Origin: a virus
Lineage: Duplodnaviria; Heunggongvirae; Uroviricota; Caudoviricetes
Virus record (IMG/VR): IMGVR_UViG_3300029003_000089
Reading direction: 5' to 3' (one strand)
DNA: 49,856 nucleotides
Shown: in pieces, positions 18,201 through 28,852 of the stretch
Layout: the number at the start of each line of letters is the position of its first letter
How positions within the stretch are numbered: the stretch's first letter is position 1
Program-made: the position numbers and the translations under genes
The notes under the pieces: model-generated
What the model was told of the DNA's origin: nothing
Database searches by the model: none
The model's input: the letters and a program-made list of their open reading frames with translations, nothing else

Positions 18201-19279
18201 CAGAACGGGTCCTCCTGTACTCTGGCTTTTTTCTTTTTCCGCGCGCCGGGGGCTTCGGGTTCAGGCAGATAAGCATCAGGTGGGCCGACACGGATTTCCG
18301 TCAGGGTGCCGTTCTGGTCCTGAGTAAACGTGACTTCCGAGACAAGCAGTTCGGTATTGTCGAAACCACAGACCGGATCAAAGACAATCACCCGCTGGTT
18401 GGGCTGCCACAGCGTACCGTTACCCTGTCGCCAGCCCTGCACCACATAGGTGGTTTCATCCGTCCGCGCCGCCCGTTGTCGGGCTTCAAAGTCAGCACGG
18501 GCAATACAGCCTGCCCCCGTGGCCTGCCCTGTCTGCCTGATATACATCGGACGGTAACGGGAAATAAATGCGTCCTCTGTGCGGGCCCGCAGCGCGGTGG
18601 TGGTGGCCTCACCGAAATCATCGTCGTTTCCGGCACGCTGCCCCGCCACCTGGTAAACAGAAAACCGCTCCCGGATACTCTTCTCCGTATCGCAGGAAAG
18701 GATGTTTTCCCCAAGTACCAGCGCAGTATGTGCCCGCGTTGAGCCAATACCGCCAATCACCAGCCTGCCGTGCGGGTCGTCGTAAGCCAGTGCCTGCTGC
18801 TGACCGAGTATTTTGTTGATTACCTCAATCACCGTTTCACCGTGATCAGGCTGGACGTCAGGAATAACACCCGACGGCGCACCGTTGTTCACCACCTCAA
18901 TGCCGAAAGGCGCAGCAAGCGCCTGCGCAATCTGTACCAGCGATCGTCCGTTAAACTGTGTCGGTTCGGCTGCACAGTCAATCAGGTCAGCGGTCAGACT
19001 GCGTCCGGCAATACCGGTGCTGACCGAACGGGCATCGTAACGAACGGGCGTCGCCTCCACCCAGCCGGTGATCACCAGCTCATCACCAATCAGCACCTCC
19101 ACTTTTGAACCGTTTTTAATGCGCGGCTGAAGCGTGGTGATACCCTCATCTCCCGGCCACTGGCGGGTGATCTCCACACTGAAATCCCGCGCCAGCCGTT
19201 CAATACCGGCACCGATGCGCACCGATGTCCAGCCATTCCACTCCCGGCCATTTACCCGTAGCGTGACATTGTCGTTCAT
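18200..19279 (-). CDS. Tail protein, Mu gpP (gp44)-like
   Basis: 359 aa; gene order and size. Confidence 0.6.
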   Translation of the reverse strand: MNDNVTLRVNGREWNGWTSVRIGAGIERLARDFSVEITRQWPGDEGITTLQPRIKNGSKVEVLIGDELVITGWVEATPVRYDARSVSTGIAGRSLTADLIDCAAEPTQFNGRSLVQIAQALAAPFGIEVVNNGAPSGVIPDVQPDHGETVIEVINKILGQQQALAYDDPHGRLVIGGIGSTRAHTALVLGENILSCDTEKSIRERFSVYQVAGQRAGNDDDFGEATTTALRARTEDAFISRYRPMYIRQTGQATGAGCIARADFEARQRAARTDETTYVVQGWRQGNGTLWQPNQRVIVFDPVCGFDNTELLVSEVTFTQDQNGTLTEIRVGPPDAYLPEPEAPGARKKKKARVQEDPF

Positions 19280-20646
19280 TGCACTGGCACCTTCAGAGGG
19301 ATCACCGGCACAAATCCGGGATGCGTAATGGCATTACGCCGGATAATGTCCGCGTCACGCGCCGCGTTATCAAACCAGGTCGCCGCCAGCACCAGCGCGG
19401 GTAAAACCTCATCCGGTGTGCGCTGAATAATCCGTGCAGACTGTTCAAGGCGCGTGTTGATATCCGCATTCAGATCCGCTTTCACCCGGCGCAGCGCCAG
19501 AAACAGCGCATCACTGGTTGTTCGGGACAACTCCTTATCAATTGCCGTATTCAGTGTGTCGCGAATGTCAGTCAGTTCTTCCCACGTCGGCAGGTCAACC
19601 GTGTTTTTCACCGCCGGTGCATTGTTCAGTGCCGGATGCGTGACGGAAGGCCAGCCAGTGCTCTGCGCAGGTGTTGTTGCCTGCCCCACTGTGGCATTCT
19701 GCATCACCGCGGAAGTTGTTGGCGCAGGCAATCGGGTGACGGCATACGCCGCTTCGCTGATTGCGGTCGTACGAAGGGTGCTGGCAACCACGTTACGCTG
19801 CTGCGTCGCCGTAGCGGTGGTTTTACTGTCCGTTTTCCAGACGCCGCGCGGTTGCAGATCGCTGCCGAGGCTGACACCGGAAAGCATTTTGATCATGGTG
19901 ACCAGGTCGCTGGCGTTACCATAAAGGCGTTTCCCGGTACGCCACATTTTCTGCACCTGCTCAACGAAATTTTTGCCTGACGATGGCGGCGGCAGAAGTA
20001 CCGAGATATCCCCCTGCAACAGCCTGGCGGCATCCGATACGGCAGAATCCACCACTTTCATCGCATCAGAAACATACCCAAGCATTGTGCTGGCATTACC
20101 GACGACGTCGTTCTGCACAAAATCTGCCACGCCATCGATACTGAAACCACTGAAGCTGTCACTGATGCAGTCATCCAGTGCAGAACAGGATGACATCAGC
20201 GTCTGCGCCGTCGCCGCACCTGAAGTGGGGTAAGAGAGTTCTCCCGCTTCGACAAACTTCAGGTCAAAGCGGACAATACGCCCTTCACTCTTCGATGTGC
20301 TGACCCGAACTTCCCCATCAACACAGACTTTCAGCTCACCGTAAGTCGGATGGACAAGCGTGCCGGGACCGGGTTTATTCAGCGCGTCAATCAGGCGATC
20401 GCGCTGGTCAAAGCAGTCATCTCCCACCACATAAGCTGTGATGGACGGGCGGAAAGTGATTTTCCCCAGGTCTTCGGTATAGGGTTTGTCGCGGTTCGGG
20501 TATTCGTGCGTTTCCACACGACGACCGGTTCCCGCACTTTCTTCTTCAACCTTAAACGGCACACCGCGAAATGACGCGTCCTGAAGTCTGTCTTTCCACG
20601 TCATATAAACTCCGTACATAAAAAATCCCACCGGAGTGGGACTCAT
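19276..20646 (-). CDS. DNA circulation protein, Mu gpN (gp43)-like
   Basis: 456 aa; directly downstream of tape measure gene. Confidence 0.6.
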   Translation of the reverse strand: MSPTPVGFFMYGVYMTWKDRLQDASFRGVPFKVEEESAGTGRRVETHEYPNRDKPYTEDLGKITFRPSITAYVVGDDCFDQRDRLIDALNKPGPGTLVHPTYGELKVCVDGEVRVSTSKSEGRIVRFDLKFVEAGELSYPTSGAATAQTLMSSCSALDDCISDSFSGFSIDGVADFVQNDVVGNASTMLGYVSDAMKVVDSAVSDAARLLQGDISVLLPPPSSGKNFVEQVQKMWRTGKRLYGNASDLVTMIKMLSGVSLGSDLQPRGVWKTDSKTTATATQQRNVVASTLRTTAISEAAYAVTRLPAPTTSAVMQNATVGQATTPAQSTGWPSVTHPALNNAPAVKNTVDLPTWEELTDIRDTLNTAIDKELSRTTSDALFLALRRVKADLNADINTRLEQSARIIQRTPDEVLPALVLAATWFDNAARDADIIRRNAITHPGFVPVIPLKVPVQ

Positions 20647-20664
20647 TAACAGATTAATTTTTCA

Positions 20665-22500
20665 TTACCTGCCAAAGCGCGTATAGCCAACATCATGGCT
20701 GACATCAAAACCGCTGGATCGCGTTTCCATAACCCGCATACCCGGAGGCGAATTCACAAAAGAGACCTTGATCTCACCATCAACTTTTGGCGCAGAAGCT
20801 TTGTTAATCATGAAGGGATTCGGGCCTGTGGCACCGGAGGCGTTGTTTGACTGAGCCGGATCCACCACCGGATAAGGTGTGTATCCCCGCGCCGGTATTC
20901 CCGTCCCATAAGCATCATAAGCACCCGCGCCCCACTGCGCAGAGTTAATGGCATCGACCGTGTCACCGGAACTGTCGGTAAACCACTCAATAATTGGCTT
21001 CAGCTTGTCCCACATATCCTGAAACCACTTAACAACCGGTCCCCAGTTATTGATTACCATCCCCAGCGGCGACCAGGCAAAAACCTTCTTCAGAAGTTCC
21101 CGGCCAGCCTCAAAATAAGGACCAATGGTTTCCCAGAGCTTCTTGAAATAAGGTCCGACAACATCCCAGTTAGTGATAATTAATCCCGCAGCCAGGGCTA
21201 TCGCCGTCGCAATCATTCCAATCGGCGTCATCGACATGATCCTGCTGACAATACTGATGGCACCGCCAACGCCCATCAATCCCAGTTTCAGAATCGCAAG
21301 ACCGGCAGCAAGCCCGACGACGCCGCGAATAACCCGGGGATTTTCATCCGCAAACTTCGTGAATTTTTCCCCCAACTCCCCCAGCCATTGCGTGATATTT
21401 TTGGCGTCACCAGAAAATGCGCCGCCAATAGCCGCAAGGCCGTTAGTTGCGGTCCCCGTCATTGCCTCCCACAGGTTGGACAGCGTACCAAGCTGGGCCT
21501 GAACACGTTTATTCAGGCTGGCCTGTTTATTCATCTTCTGCTGGATCTGATCGTAGCCATCCTTTCCTTTATCGATCAGTGCATTGACCACCTGAAGGGT
21601 TTCGGCATCATCACCAAATATTGCCTTAAGTACACCTGTTCGCTTAACGTCGGTCAGTTTTCGCAGCTTTGCCAGTTGCCTGAACATGTTATCAAGACCG
21701 CCAAAACTTCCTTTGCCGTCAGTAAAATCGAGCTGTACCCCGAGTTTCTGGCGGGCCATGACTTTATTGACGTCCCTGATTTTCTTAACGCTTAATCCGG
21801 ACTGGATAACTTTTCGCAGGGCATTACCTGCCGACTCCCCGTTCATCCCCATCTGATCCATCATGACACTGATGGGGGCAAGACTCTGTGCAGCCTGAAG
21901 ACCGTCCTTGTTCACCATCTTCAGAACAGAGCTGGTTTTAGTGAAGAATGACAGCATGTTGGTGTCGTCAACGCCCAGATAAAACGCCTTCTGAATTGTG
22001 TCGAACAGCCCCATCATGTCTTCTGAGACCGTTCCGGTAGCATCCTGCATCTTTGCGGCAAACTCGGCAGCCGCTTCCGGTGTTTTTTTCAGTTGTACCG
22101 CAAGATAAGCTGTCGCTTTACCCACACCGCCAAGAATGTTTTCTGCCGGGATCCCCTGACGCACCAGCATCTGCATCATGTTCTGAAAATCAGCTGTTGT
22201 ACCGGGTAGCTGGTTACCCAGGCCAATAGCCAGTTTATTGATGTCCTGAAAGCGCTTTCCAACCTCGCCGTTCGCATCCATCATGGCGACTTTCAGCCCG
22301 GTGGCGGCGTTTTCCTGATCGGCATAAGATTTCAGGGAAAGCGTCAGACCCGCTGCCAATCCGCCACCAAGCGCCAGCCCACCCTGTGACGCTTCTTCCG
22401 CCTGGCGTTTAAATCCCCGGATTTTCTTTTGCATTTTCGACAGCGCGGGAGAAAGCCTGTCGACACCGGTGATCAACGCCTTAAGCTCAAATTCAGCCAT
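20665..22500 (-). CDS. Tail tape measure protein
   Basis: 611 aa; Gly/Ala-rich hydrophobic central region, coiled-coil N-terminus; follows frameshifted chaperone pair. Confidence 0.85.
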   Translation of the reverse strand: MAEFELKALITGVDRLSPALSKMQKKIRGFKRQAEEASQGGLALGGGLAAGLTLSLKSYADQENAATGLKVAMMDANGEVGKRFQDINKLAIGLGNQLPGTTADFQNMMQMLVRQGIPAENILGGVGKATAYLAVQLKKTPEAAAEFAAKMQDATGTVSEDMMGLFDTIQKAFYLGVDDTNMLSFFTKTSSVLKMVNKDGLQAAQSLAPISVMMDQMGMNGESAGNALRKVIQSGLSVKKIRDVNKVMARQKLGVQLDFTDGKGSFGGLDNMFRQLAKLRKLTDVKRTGVLKAIFGDDAETLQVVNALIDKGKDGYDQIQQKMNKQASLNKRVQAQLGTLSNLWEAMTGTATNGLAAIGGAFSGDAKNITQWLGELGEKFTKFADENPRVIRGVVGLAAGLAILKLGLMGVGGAISIVSRIMSMTPIGMIATAIALAAGLIITNWDVVGPYFKKLWETIGPYFEAGRELLKKVFAWSPLGMVINNWGPVVKWFQDMWDKLKPIIEWFTDSSGDTVDAINSAQWGAGAYDAYGTGIPARGYTPYPVVDPAQSNNASGATGPNPFMINKASAPKVDGEIKVSFVNSPPGMRVMETRSSGFDVSHDVGYTRFGR

Positions 22501-22911
22501 GTGTGCGTTTCTCCTGCTCTATCCTGTTTGCCTGACTGACCAGCAAGGGAATTTCACTGATCGGCATATTCAGCAATTCGAAGGGATTAATGCGCCAGTA
22601 GCTGGCGCAGTCAAAGAAGCGATCAGTGAGGTATTCAGCCGTCAGGCCTGGAGGAAAAAACCAGCCACAAGCCACGCCGCTGCATTCAGGTCTGCCGGAG
22701 ACATCTGGTCGACAGAGTTTTGCGGCACTTTCGCCAGCCGCACAATGTATTTCGATACCACATGCGCCAGAAGTCTGACGGACTCATCCTGATTCATCTG
22801 GTAGGGATACCCCAGCTCGCGGACATCTTTCCCGGTGGGCTCATCAAACTCCAGTACGGAGAGTGTCTCGCCATGAGCGGTAATCGGTTTCTTTAACTCA
22901 AGCTCTTTCAT
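22493..22911 (-). CDS. Tail assembly chaperone pair with programmed -1 frameshift (upstream ORF 22642-22911, extension 22493-22675)
   Basis: Slippery heptamer T_TTT_TTC on minus strand (plus-strand 22655-22661) in the overlap; -1 frame continues FFPPGLTAEYL... Confidence 0.65.
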
Positions 22912-23267
22912 TACTGGTAATCCCCTTCTTCACCGTGGAACTCAAGATCAACCGTCCCTTCTTCGGCATTATGGTTCGCTTCGCCGTGCAGCCAGGCAGA
23001 CGACAGTACATAGACCTGACCGTTCGCCAGCTCGGCAGTGATGGTCATCTCATCAGACGAGGTGATTTTGCTCACCGGAAAATTCTTCGGCACCTTGAAG
23101 GTCCCTTTAACATAAGGCGCACGGTGAGTTTCCTTGCGGTCCACTGAACCGTCCAGGCCGATGATGTCATCATTGACCGTCCTGTTCATGGGCACCTCAA
23201 TGCCGCCGGTCAGCGATAGCTGCTGACCGTCAATTTTGAAATAACAGGTTCCCCCGATACGGGCCAT
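22911..23267 (-). CDS. Tail tube protein (Mu gpM-like)
   Basis: 118 aa directly downstream of sheath gene. Confidence 0.7.
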   Translation of the reverse strand: MARIGGTCYFKIDGQQLSLTGGIEVPMNRTVNDDIIGLDGSVDRKETHRAPYVKGTFKVPKNFPVSKITSSDEMTITAELANGQVYVLSSAWLHGEANHNAEEGTVDLEFHGEEGDYQ

Positions 23268-24763
23268 TATGCGGACTCCTCTGAATACTGAAGACGGAAC
23301 TGGTTAACCACGGCAAAGACACGCAACTGGTTAACATAGTCAGGCGGGAACAGCGTGTTCAGGCGGTTCGGATCGCTGGCATCACGCTCCACAACCAGGT
23401 ACTGCTTAAAAAGTTCGTAGTTTTCCACGATCCCCGCACGCTCAAGCTGACGGTAGGTTGCCAGCAGTTCCCCTTTGATCACCGCCGGGGTGACAATCGC
23501 CTGACCGGGACCAAAGCGGGTACCGTCGCTGGCAAGCTTGTGACGCCCGTACTTACTGGTAATGACGGATTTCAGTTTGCGCAGTACATACGCACTGGTA
23601 TGCAGCGTCTCGCTGTCGAGGTAGCTGTTATCCGCAACCCCGTAAGCGTTTTTCCTGTACGTGGTGACATCACGCTGAATGCGCAGTACCCCGCTTTCGA
23701 CATACGCCGTTGCCACGCCATGAGACAGCAAGGTCTGTTGTTCGGTCATCGTGAACCGTTTCCCCTTCGGCGCAGGCTGCATACCCACCAGCTCACCGGT
23801 CTGCGTGGGACGTGCCGGATCGTTGCGGATAAACACCGCTGCGCGGGCGGTACGGCTTGCCGCCAGCTCGTCGGCAGGCGTCTGGGTGTCTTTTTCGTAC
23901 CCCGCCAGGGTAATGTGCTGCTGGTTAAACTGGTCACCTGCGGTCACCAGTTCTGACAGCGTGCCGATCTTTGCCGTATACACATGACCATACAGCTGAC
24001 GCGCATAGCTCCAGCGACCGCTGGTATCGTTCATCTCGGTCACCAGCGTGTTAACGGAGGCCGTGTCGTTGAACGGCAGGCCGATATAATCAAACGGCTC
24101 ATCCGCCATTGCAGCCACCGCGCCGGTGAGAACCGGAGCACCCGTTCCGGCGGTACCCGTCGCCACGGCAATCTGTACGCCCGCTGGCAGCACTTCGCCC
24201 CCACCAAAGCCGTAGTAATTGAGGCTGACAGGAATTTCATTCCCGCAAAGCCCCTTATGACGCGCGGTCAGTGTGACCACGCCTGCCGAAGATGAAGCCG
24301 TAAACGGCAGGGTCGGAACGGCATTGATGGCATCCTGGATACTGCTGGCAATCATCGTGACGTTATCGCCGTTAGTCACCGGTGCCTGCACGCGGGTACG
24401 TCCCACATACACATTCACCGTGCCGGTTTCGGTTGCCGCCCCGGTCACCGTCAGCGTAACCGTTGCCGCCGCGCCTGTGGATTCAGGAACGGCAATCACA
24501 TACAGCTCGCCAAACGGGTCAGTCTGGCGATAAGCCTCGACCATACGCGCCAGCTGACTTCCCGCACCACAAATCTGGCGTGCATAGTCTGCCGACGGCA
24601 TCAGTACCAGACTGTTGGCAACAATCTCTGCACCGTTATTGGCATGACCAATCAGCAGCGATGCTCCGCTGTCCTGTGCAGTATTCGCCGCCTGGTTATC
24701 CATTTCCGCATAAAACAACGGAACCAGCGTATTCGACGGAATGGTGTTAAAGCTTATCGTCAT
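23267..24763 (-). CDS. Contractile tail sheath protein (Mu gpL-like)
   Basis: 498 aa; position before tube gene. Confidence 0.8.
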   Translation of the reverse strand: MTISFNTIPSNTLVPLFYAEMDNQAANTAQDSGASLLIGHANNGAEIVANSLVLMPSADYARQICGAGSQLARMVEAYRQTDPFGELYVIAVPESTGAAATVTLTVTGAATETGTVNVYVGRTRVQAPVTNGDNVTMIASSIQDAINAVPTLPFTASSSAGVVTLTARHKGLCGNEIPVSLNYYGFGGGEVLPAGVQIAVATGTAGTGAPVLTGAVAAMADEPFDYIGLPFNDTASVNTLVTEMNDTSGRWSYARQLYGHVYTAKIGTLSELVTAGDQFNQQHITLAGYEKDTQTPADELAASRTARAAVFIRNDPARPTQTGELVGMQPAPKGKRFTMTEQQTLLSHGVATAYVESGVLRIQRDVTTYRKNAYGVADNSYLDSETLHTSAYVLRKLKSVITSKYGRHKLASDGTRFGPGQAIVTPAVIKGELLATYRQLERAGIVENYELFKQYLVVERDASDPNRLNTLFPPDYVNQLRVFAVVNQFRLQYSEESA

Positions 24764-24925
24764 CGGTATTCACCTTTTTATTCACGCGCCGGATATCACC
24801 CGCTGCTTCACGGCGCAGCCAGTAGTTGTTCTCGTCAACATTTCGCCCTTCGGCGGGCAAAAGGTCGCCGCGGGCAGGGTCAGGAACTGACCGCCCTTTA
24901 ACAGGTTTGACAAACATGAGGATCC

Positions 24926-25486
24926 TCAGGAAGGAAGGGTTATTTCGGTGTGATGTTCGATATCGCCGTCAGGCCCGTTACCGGGCTCGAGATAATCAAC
25001 ATCAATCGCCAGCGTTTGCAGTTCATCCAGACTGTTCAGATCATCCTGCTGGCGGGTATCGTCTTCAGTCAGCTCGCTGATGACCGAAAAATCGAACTGA
25101 TAAATCAGCTCATGACGATTCAGATCCAGCAGCGTGCCGCCGTCATAGGTAATCGGGTTACCGCACGCCTCCGGGTTCCAGCCCAGCAGAGCCTTAAAGA
25201 GCATCTGCCGGACATCGTCCACCACATCATACGAGGCAAACTGACCGCGCTCATCACGCCCGTTACTCAGTATGACAACCACGGAGAAACCCTCTTTCAG
25301 CTCCTGCCAGTAGTCGGTCTGGCTTTTGTTTTCTCCCGGAGAATCATCACCCGGTACAACATATGCCGCCGGGAGTTTCAGCTTTCCGACCTCCGGCAGA
25401 TTTTTGAACTGGGCCGCGCCTGCGACCCGGTTTTCAAAATACGGACAGCGGGCACGCAGTGCAGCAATAACAGGCGTCAGTTTCAT
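24926..25486 (-). CDS. Hypothetical tail-completion/neck protein
   Basis: 186 aa between head-closure genes and sheath. Confidence 0.45.
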   Translation of the reverse strand: MKLTPVIAALRARCPYFENRVAGAAQFKNLPEVGKLKLPAAYVVPGDDSPGENKSQTDYWQELKEGFSVVVILSNGRDERGQFASYDVVDDVRQMLFKALLGWNPEACGNPITYDGGTLLDLNRHELIYQFDFSVISELTEDDTRQQDDLNSLDELQTLAIDVDYLEPGNGPDGDIEHHTEITLPS

Positions 25487-25989
25487 CTGTGTCGTCGCTC
25501 CGGCTTCAGTGATTTACGCAATTCCCGCGCCAGAAAATAGCGTGTCCAGCTGCGGTTCTTTTCAAGCGTTTCCACCATGAAGTTATTACGTGGAGCCAGT
25601 CGCCAGCCGCTGCCACCGGATGCACCACGATGATGGCTGCGACGACGCTTTGCCCCTCGCCTCACGCCATAGAACAAAAAAGCCGGATAAAAATCACCGG
25701 TGATACGGCGGTTTCCCTCTCCATTACGCTGGTTAGGGGCTATACGTGCCATAAAACCAGGGCGATGTTTACTGGCTCTGGGTACCATGTAACCAATCGA
25801 ACGAGCCAGGCGTCCGGTCTGATAACCGGGGTTTTCACCCGGTGCCGACCGCGCACGGCGCATCACCAGCCGACGGGCATCACGCATATGACGCTGACCA
25901 ATCGTGACAAACGCCCGCCGGACACGGGCGCGGTTAAAGCGCATCTCCGCGGGCTGCTGAAAATCAACGTGCAAAAAGGAAGTCGTCAT
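25483..25989 (-). CDS. Hypothetical head-tail joining protein (HK97 gp10-like position)
   Basis: 168 aa, basic; position. Confidence 0.45.
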   Translation of the reverse strand: MTTSFLHVDFQQPAEMRFNRARVRRAFVTIGQRHMRDARRLVMRRARSAPGENPGYQTGRLARSIGYMVPRASKHRPGFMARIAPNQRNGEGNRRITGDFYPAFLFYGVRRGAKRRRSHHRGASGGSGWRLAPRNNFMVETLEKNRSWTRYFLARELRKSLKPERRHR

Positions 25990-26374
25990 TGTTGCCTCCG
26001 TGACTCTGCCTACATTCGCCCAGCTCCGTACACTCCAGCAGCAGAAAGCGCCGCGCCCCGTTCAGATCGCGCTGACGTTTCACCCGGTACACACTGTCAC
26101 CGCAGACCACCTCATAATCAGCGGTGATCCCCCGGCGGTAACGAATGGTGATGTAATGGGTGATGGCGTCCCCGGTCTGCGCGGTTTCCTGCCAGGTGGT
26201 GGCACTGGTCTGGATAACCTTCGCCCATGTCCGGAACGTAACCGGGTATTGAGGCTCCACGCCAAAGTTATCCGCGGGCATATCCACCCGCTGGCGGATC
26301 AGGACGCGTTTATTCAGTTCACCGGGGTCCGGCAGAATGTAGGTTGCGCTGGTCTGCGCCTGACGAATTTTCAT
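25964..26374 (-). CDS. Head closure / head-tail adaptor protein
   Basis: 136 aa; position after connector. Confidence 0.55.
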   Translation of the reverse strand: MKIRQAQTSATYILPDPGELNKRVLIRQRVDMPADNFGVEPQYPVTFRTWAKVIQTSATTWQETAQTGDAITHYITIRYRRGITADYEVVCGDSVYRVKRQRDLNGARRFLLLECTELGECRQSHGGNNDDFLFAR

Positions 26375-26694
26375 TGCGGAAAGTACCTGTACGGGCCGAC
26401 AAGCCAGCCAAAACTCTGCGGCATGTCGAGTTTCTCCACTTCCGTAACCGACGAGCGGTTTTCGTAAAAATGGCTGATAAGCATCAGCATCCCCAGACGA
26501 ATATCATCCGGCAGGTGCAGCCCGTCCGGATCGCTGTCCGGAATGGTTTCATCCGGTGCATAGAGCTTCCGGTTCAGATACGTTTCCGTCCGCTTTTGTG
26601 CCGCACAGGCCAGCAGTTGCAGATGGCGGTCATCAGCATCGAAATCCTCATCCAGCCGGAGTTGGGCTTTAATCTCTTCCATTGTCAGAAGCAT
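26371..26694 (-). CDS. gp6-like head-tail connector protein
   Basis: 107 aa acidic protein directly after capsid-proximal small ORF. Confidence 0.6.
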   Translation of the reverse strand: MLLTMEEIKAQLRLDEDFDADDRHLQLLACAAQKRTETYLNRKLYAPDETIPDSDPDGLHLPDDIRLGMLMLISHFYENRSSVTEVEKLDMPQSFGWLVGPYRYFPQ

Positions 26695-26696
26695 AC

Positions 26697-26897
26697 TCAG
26701 CCCTCTTTACTGGTCGTGGCTTTTTTCTCTTTTGTCGCTTTACTGCTTTTTGCACTGGTTCCGCGCTCTGCTAACCCGGCCTGAAGTGCAACCTCCTGCA
26801 CCCGGGCAGGAAGCGCCCCGTCGTCATACTCACCGGCCCGAATGACCTCAACACGCATACCGTCCGGTGACCATTTCAGATCTTGTTTCAGGATCAT
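26697..26897 (-). CDS. Hypothetical small protein (head module)
   Basis: 66 aa between capsid and connector genes. Confidence 0.4.
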   Translation of the reverse strand: MILKQDLKWSPDGMRVEVIRAGEYDDGALPARVQEVALQAGLAERGTSAKSSKATKEKKATTSKEG

Positions 26898-26945
26898 GAT
26901 TCTTCACCCATCAGAACAGGGGCGCGGTTCCGCGCCCCTGAGTGA

Positions 26946-28151
26946 TTACGCCACTGCAATCTTCAGCAGTTTGATGGCCTGCGAATCGACCAGCATGCCG
27001 CCGGTGCGTTTGGTGGTATAAAAACCGACAAACGGTTTATTGGTGTACGGGTCACGCAGAATGCGGGTGCCGATACGGTCAACGATGGTGTAACCCCGTT
27101 TGAAGTTACCAAATGCAATGGCTTTCGCATCAGCGGCGATATCCGGCATCTGTTCGTTTTCAGCGATACCGTAACCCGCCAGAGAGGACGGCTGCCCCAG
27201 TTCCAGCCCCGGACGCCACAGATAGTTACCCTCGGTGTCTTTCAGCAGACGGATGGCAAACAGGCTGTTGTTGTTCATCATGAACTTCGCGCCAGTGCGG
27301 TGTGCCTTTCGCAGCGTGTAAATCAGTTTGATAATGGCGTCTGCGGTCACCGCAGTCGCGTCGCCGGATACAATATGCTGAAGTTTGCCGAACGCCCGGA
27401 CCTTATCGGTTTCATCCGTGGATTCATACGCCAGGAACCCTTTCGGCTTCTTGGTACCATCGCCGGTGGTAAAGGCAATTTCTTCCTGTTCGGCAAATTC
27501 GGTTGCCAGCTCGCTGTTGATCCAGGCCTCCACGTTGAAAAAGGCATCATCCAGCATTTTCTGGGTGGCCTGCGGGTTACCGTAGATTTCCCCCATGAAA
27601 GGTTCAATCAGCCCCAGTTTTGAGGTGGCAGTCTGGGAGCGCGCGTCAGTCTCGCCAACCCATCCGGAAGCCGTGCCGCCCAGATTCACCAGTTTTTTGT
27701 AGTCGGAACCACCAACGGTGATCACCGTGGCTTCCTGACGCATCACCACTTCATCTTTCAGCAGGTTAAGAATGTTGCGATCCAGTTCTTCCGGCACGGC
27801 GTAGCCACCGTCTTCATCGGTGCCCACCTGCAATGCCTTACGCTCCAGATCGCGCAGACCGTCTTCACGGCCTTTACGCAGGAAGCTCACAAACGCCTCT
27901 TTATGCTCGGTGGCCAGTTTATTTTGCGCACCACCTGCCGGACGTTTCAGCTCAAGCAGCTCTTTTTCAAGATCGCTTTTGAGGTTTTCCAGCTCGCTGA
28001 GTTTCCCGTTCAGGGTTTCCACCTGCCCGGCAAGTTTGCCTTTTTCCTGCTCAATCGCATCCACGCGCTTGTCGTTCTTTGCTTTGAAGTCGTCAAACTT
28101 CTGCTGCAGCTCCTGCGCGACCTGTTCGACATCTTTAATATCAACCGCCAT
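26946..28151 (-). CDS. Major capsid protein, HK97-like
   Basis: 401 aa; coiled-coil delta-like N-terminus; downstream of prohead protease. Confidence 0.85.
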   Translation of the reverse strand: MAVDIKDVEQVAQELQQKFDDFKAKNDKRVDAIEQEKGKLAGQVETLNGKLSELENLKSDLEKELLELKRPAGGAQNKLATEHKEAFVSFLRKGREDGLRDLERKALQVGTDEDGGYAVPEELDRNILNLLKDEVVMRQEATVITVGGSDYKKLVNLGGTASGWVGETDARSQTATSKLGLIEPFMGEIYGNPQATQKMLDDAFFNVEAWINSELATEFAEQEEIAFTTGDGTKKPKGFLAYESTDETDKVRAFGKLQHIVSGDATAVTADAIIKLIYTLRKAHRTGAKFMMNNNSLFAIRLLKDTEGNYLWRPGLELGQPSSLAGYGIAENEQMPDIAADAKAIAFGNFKRGYTIVDRIGTRILRDPYTNKPFVGFYTTKRTGGMLVDSQAIKLLKIAVA

Positions 28152-28165
28152 CGTATTTCTCCTGA

Positions 28166-28852
28166 TTAGAAGTTCAGATTTTTCAGTGCATTCAGTGCAG
28201 AGCCCACATCCTCAGCGTCGCGCAGGGACAGTGCGCCATAGCCCCCGGCCATGAATGCTTTGGCCTGGGTACGGGAGAGTCCGACATCACGCAGGACTCT
28301 TTCGATTTTTTTCTGTTCGGGGATTTCCCCGCGGGCCAGCGCGTTCTTGACGTCGCTGATCCGCGCCTCGTCGTTAGACGGAAACGTCACCAGACTGACT
28401 TCCCAGAGGTCGATTTCTTTCAGCAGAAAGGCTTCTTTCGTCTGGTCGTATTCCCAGTCCTTCAGGACGTACCCAATAGAAAGGCCGGTTAACGAACCGG
28501 CCTTCATGTGTGCATGTGCGCGTTTTGCCAGAGGATCATCATCAATGAGCAACCGCCCCCTGACGTAAAGCCCGACATCGTCTTCCTTCATTTCGGTGTA
28601 AACACCGATGGGCTCATCCATGCGGTGCTGCCAGAGCAGCGCAGGTAACGCTTTTCTGTCACTCCACGCCCGCAGGGAAGCAGCAAATGCCCCGGACATC
28701 ACCACATCATCGTGGCTGTCCTTTACACCAAAGACGGAGCCATACCCTTCAAACTCACCGGAGTCACTGACAGATTTCAGACTCAGCGGTACATCAAGAC
28801 GTTGTTTCGTCTGCATTGGCGTTATCCTTCTGCTTACCGGCTTTACTGCCAT
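28166..28852 (-). CDS. Prohead protease (HK97 family)
   Basis: 228 aa between portal and capsid. Confidence 0.8.
   Translation of the reverse strand: MAVKPVSRRITPMQTKQRLDVPLSLKSVSDSGEFEGYGSVFGVKDSHDDVVMSGAFAASLRAWSDRKALPALLWQHRMDEPIGVYTEMKEDDVGLYVRGRLLIDDDPLAKRAHAHMKAGSLTGLSIGYVLKDWEYDQTKEAFLLKEIDLWEVSLVTFPSNDEARISDVKNALARGEIPEQKKIERVLRDVGLSRTQAKAFMAGGYGALSLRDAEDVGSALNALKNLNF

Noticed and set aside
15415-21795. Numerous plus-strand ORFs (e.g. 15415-15813, 17239-17697, 19454-19924, 21173-21795) overlapping the minus-strand tail genes
   Set aside because: GC-rich coding regions generate long antisense open frames; their Arg/Pro/Gly-rich composition and overlap with coherent structural genes argue against coding.
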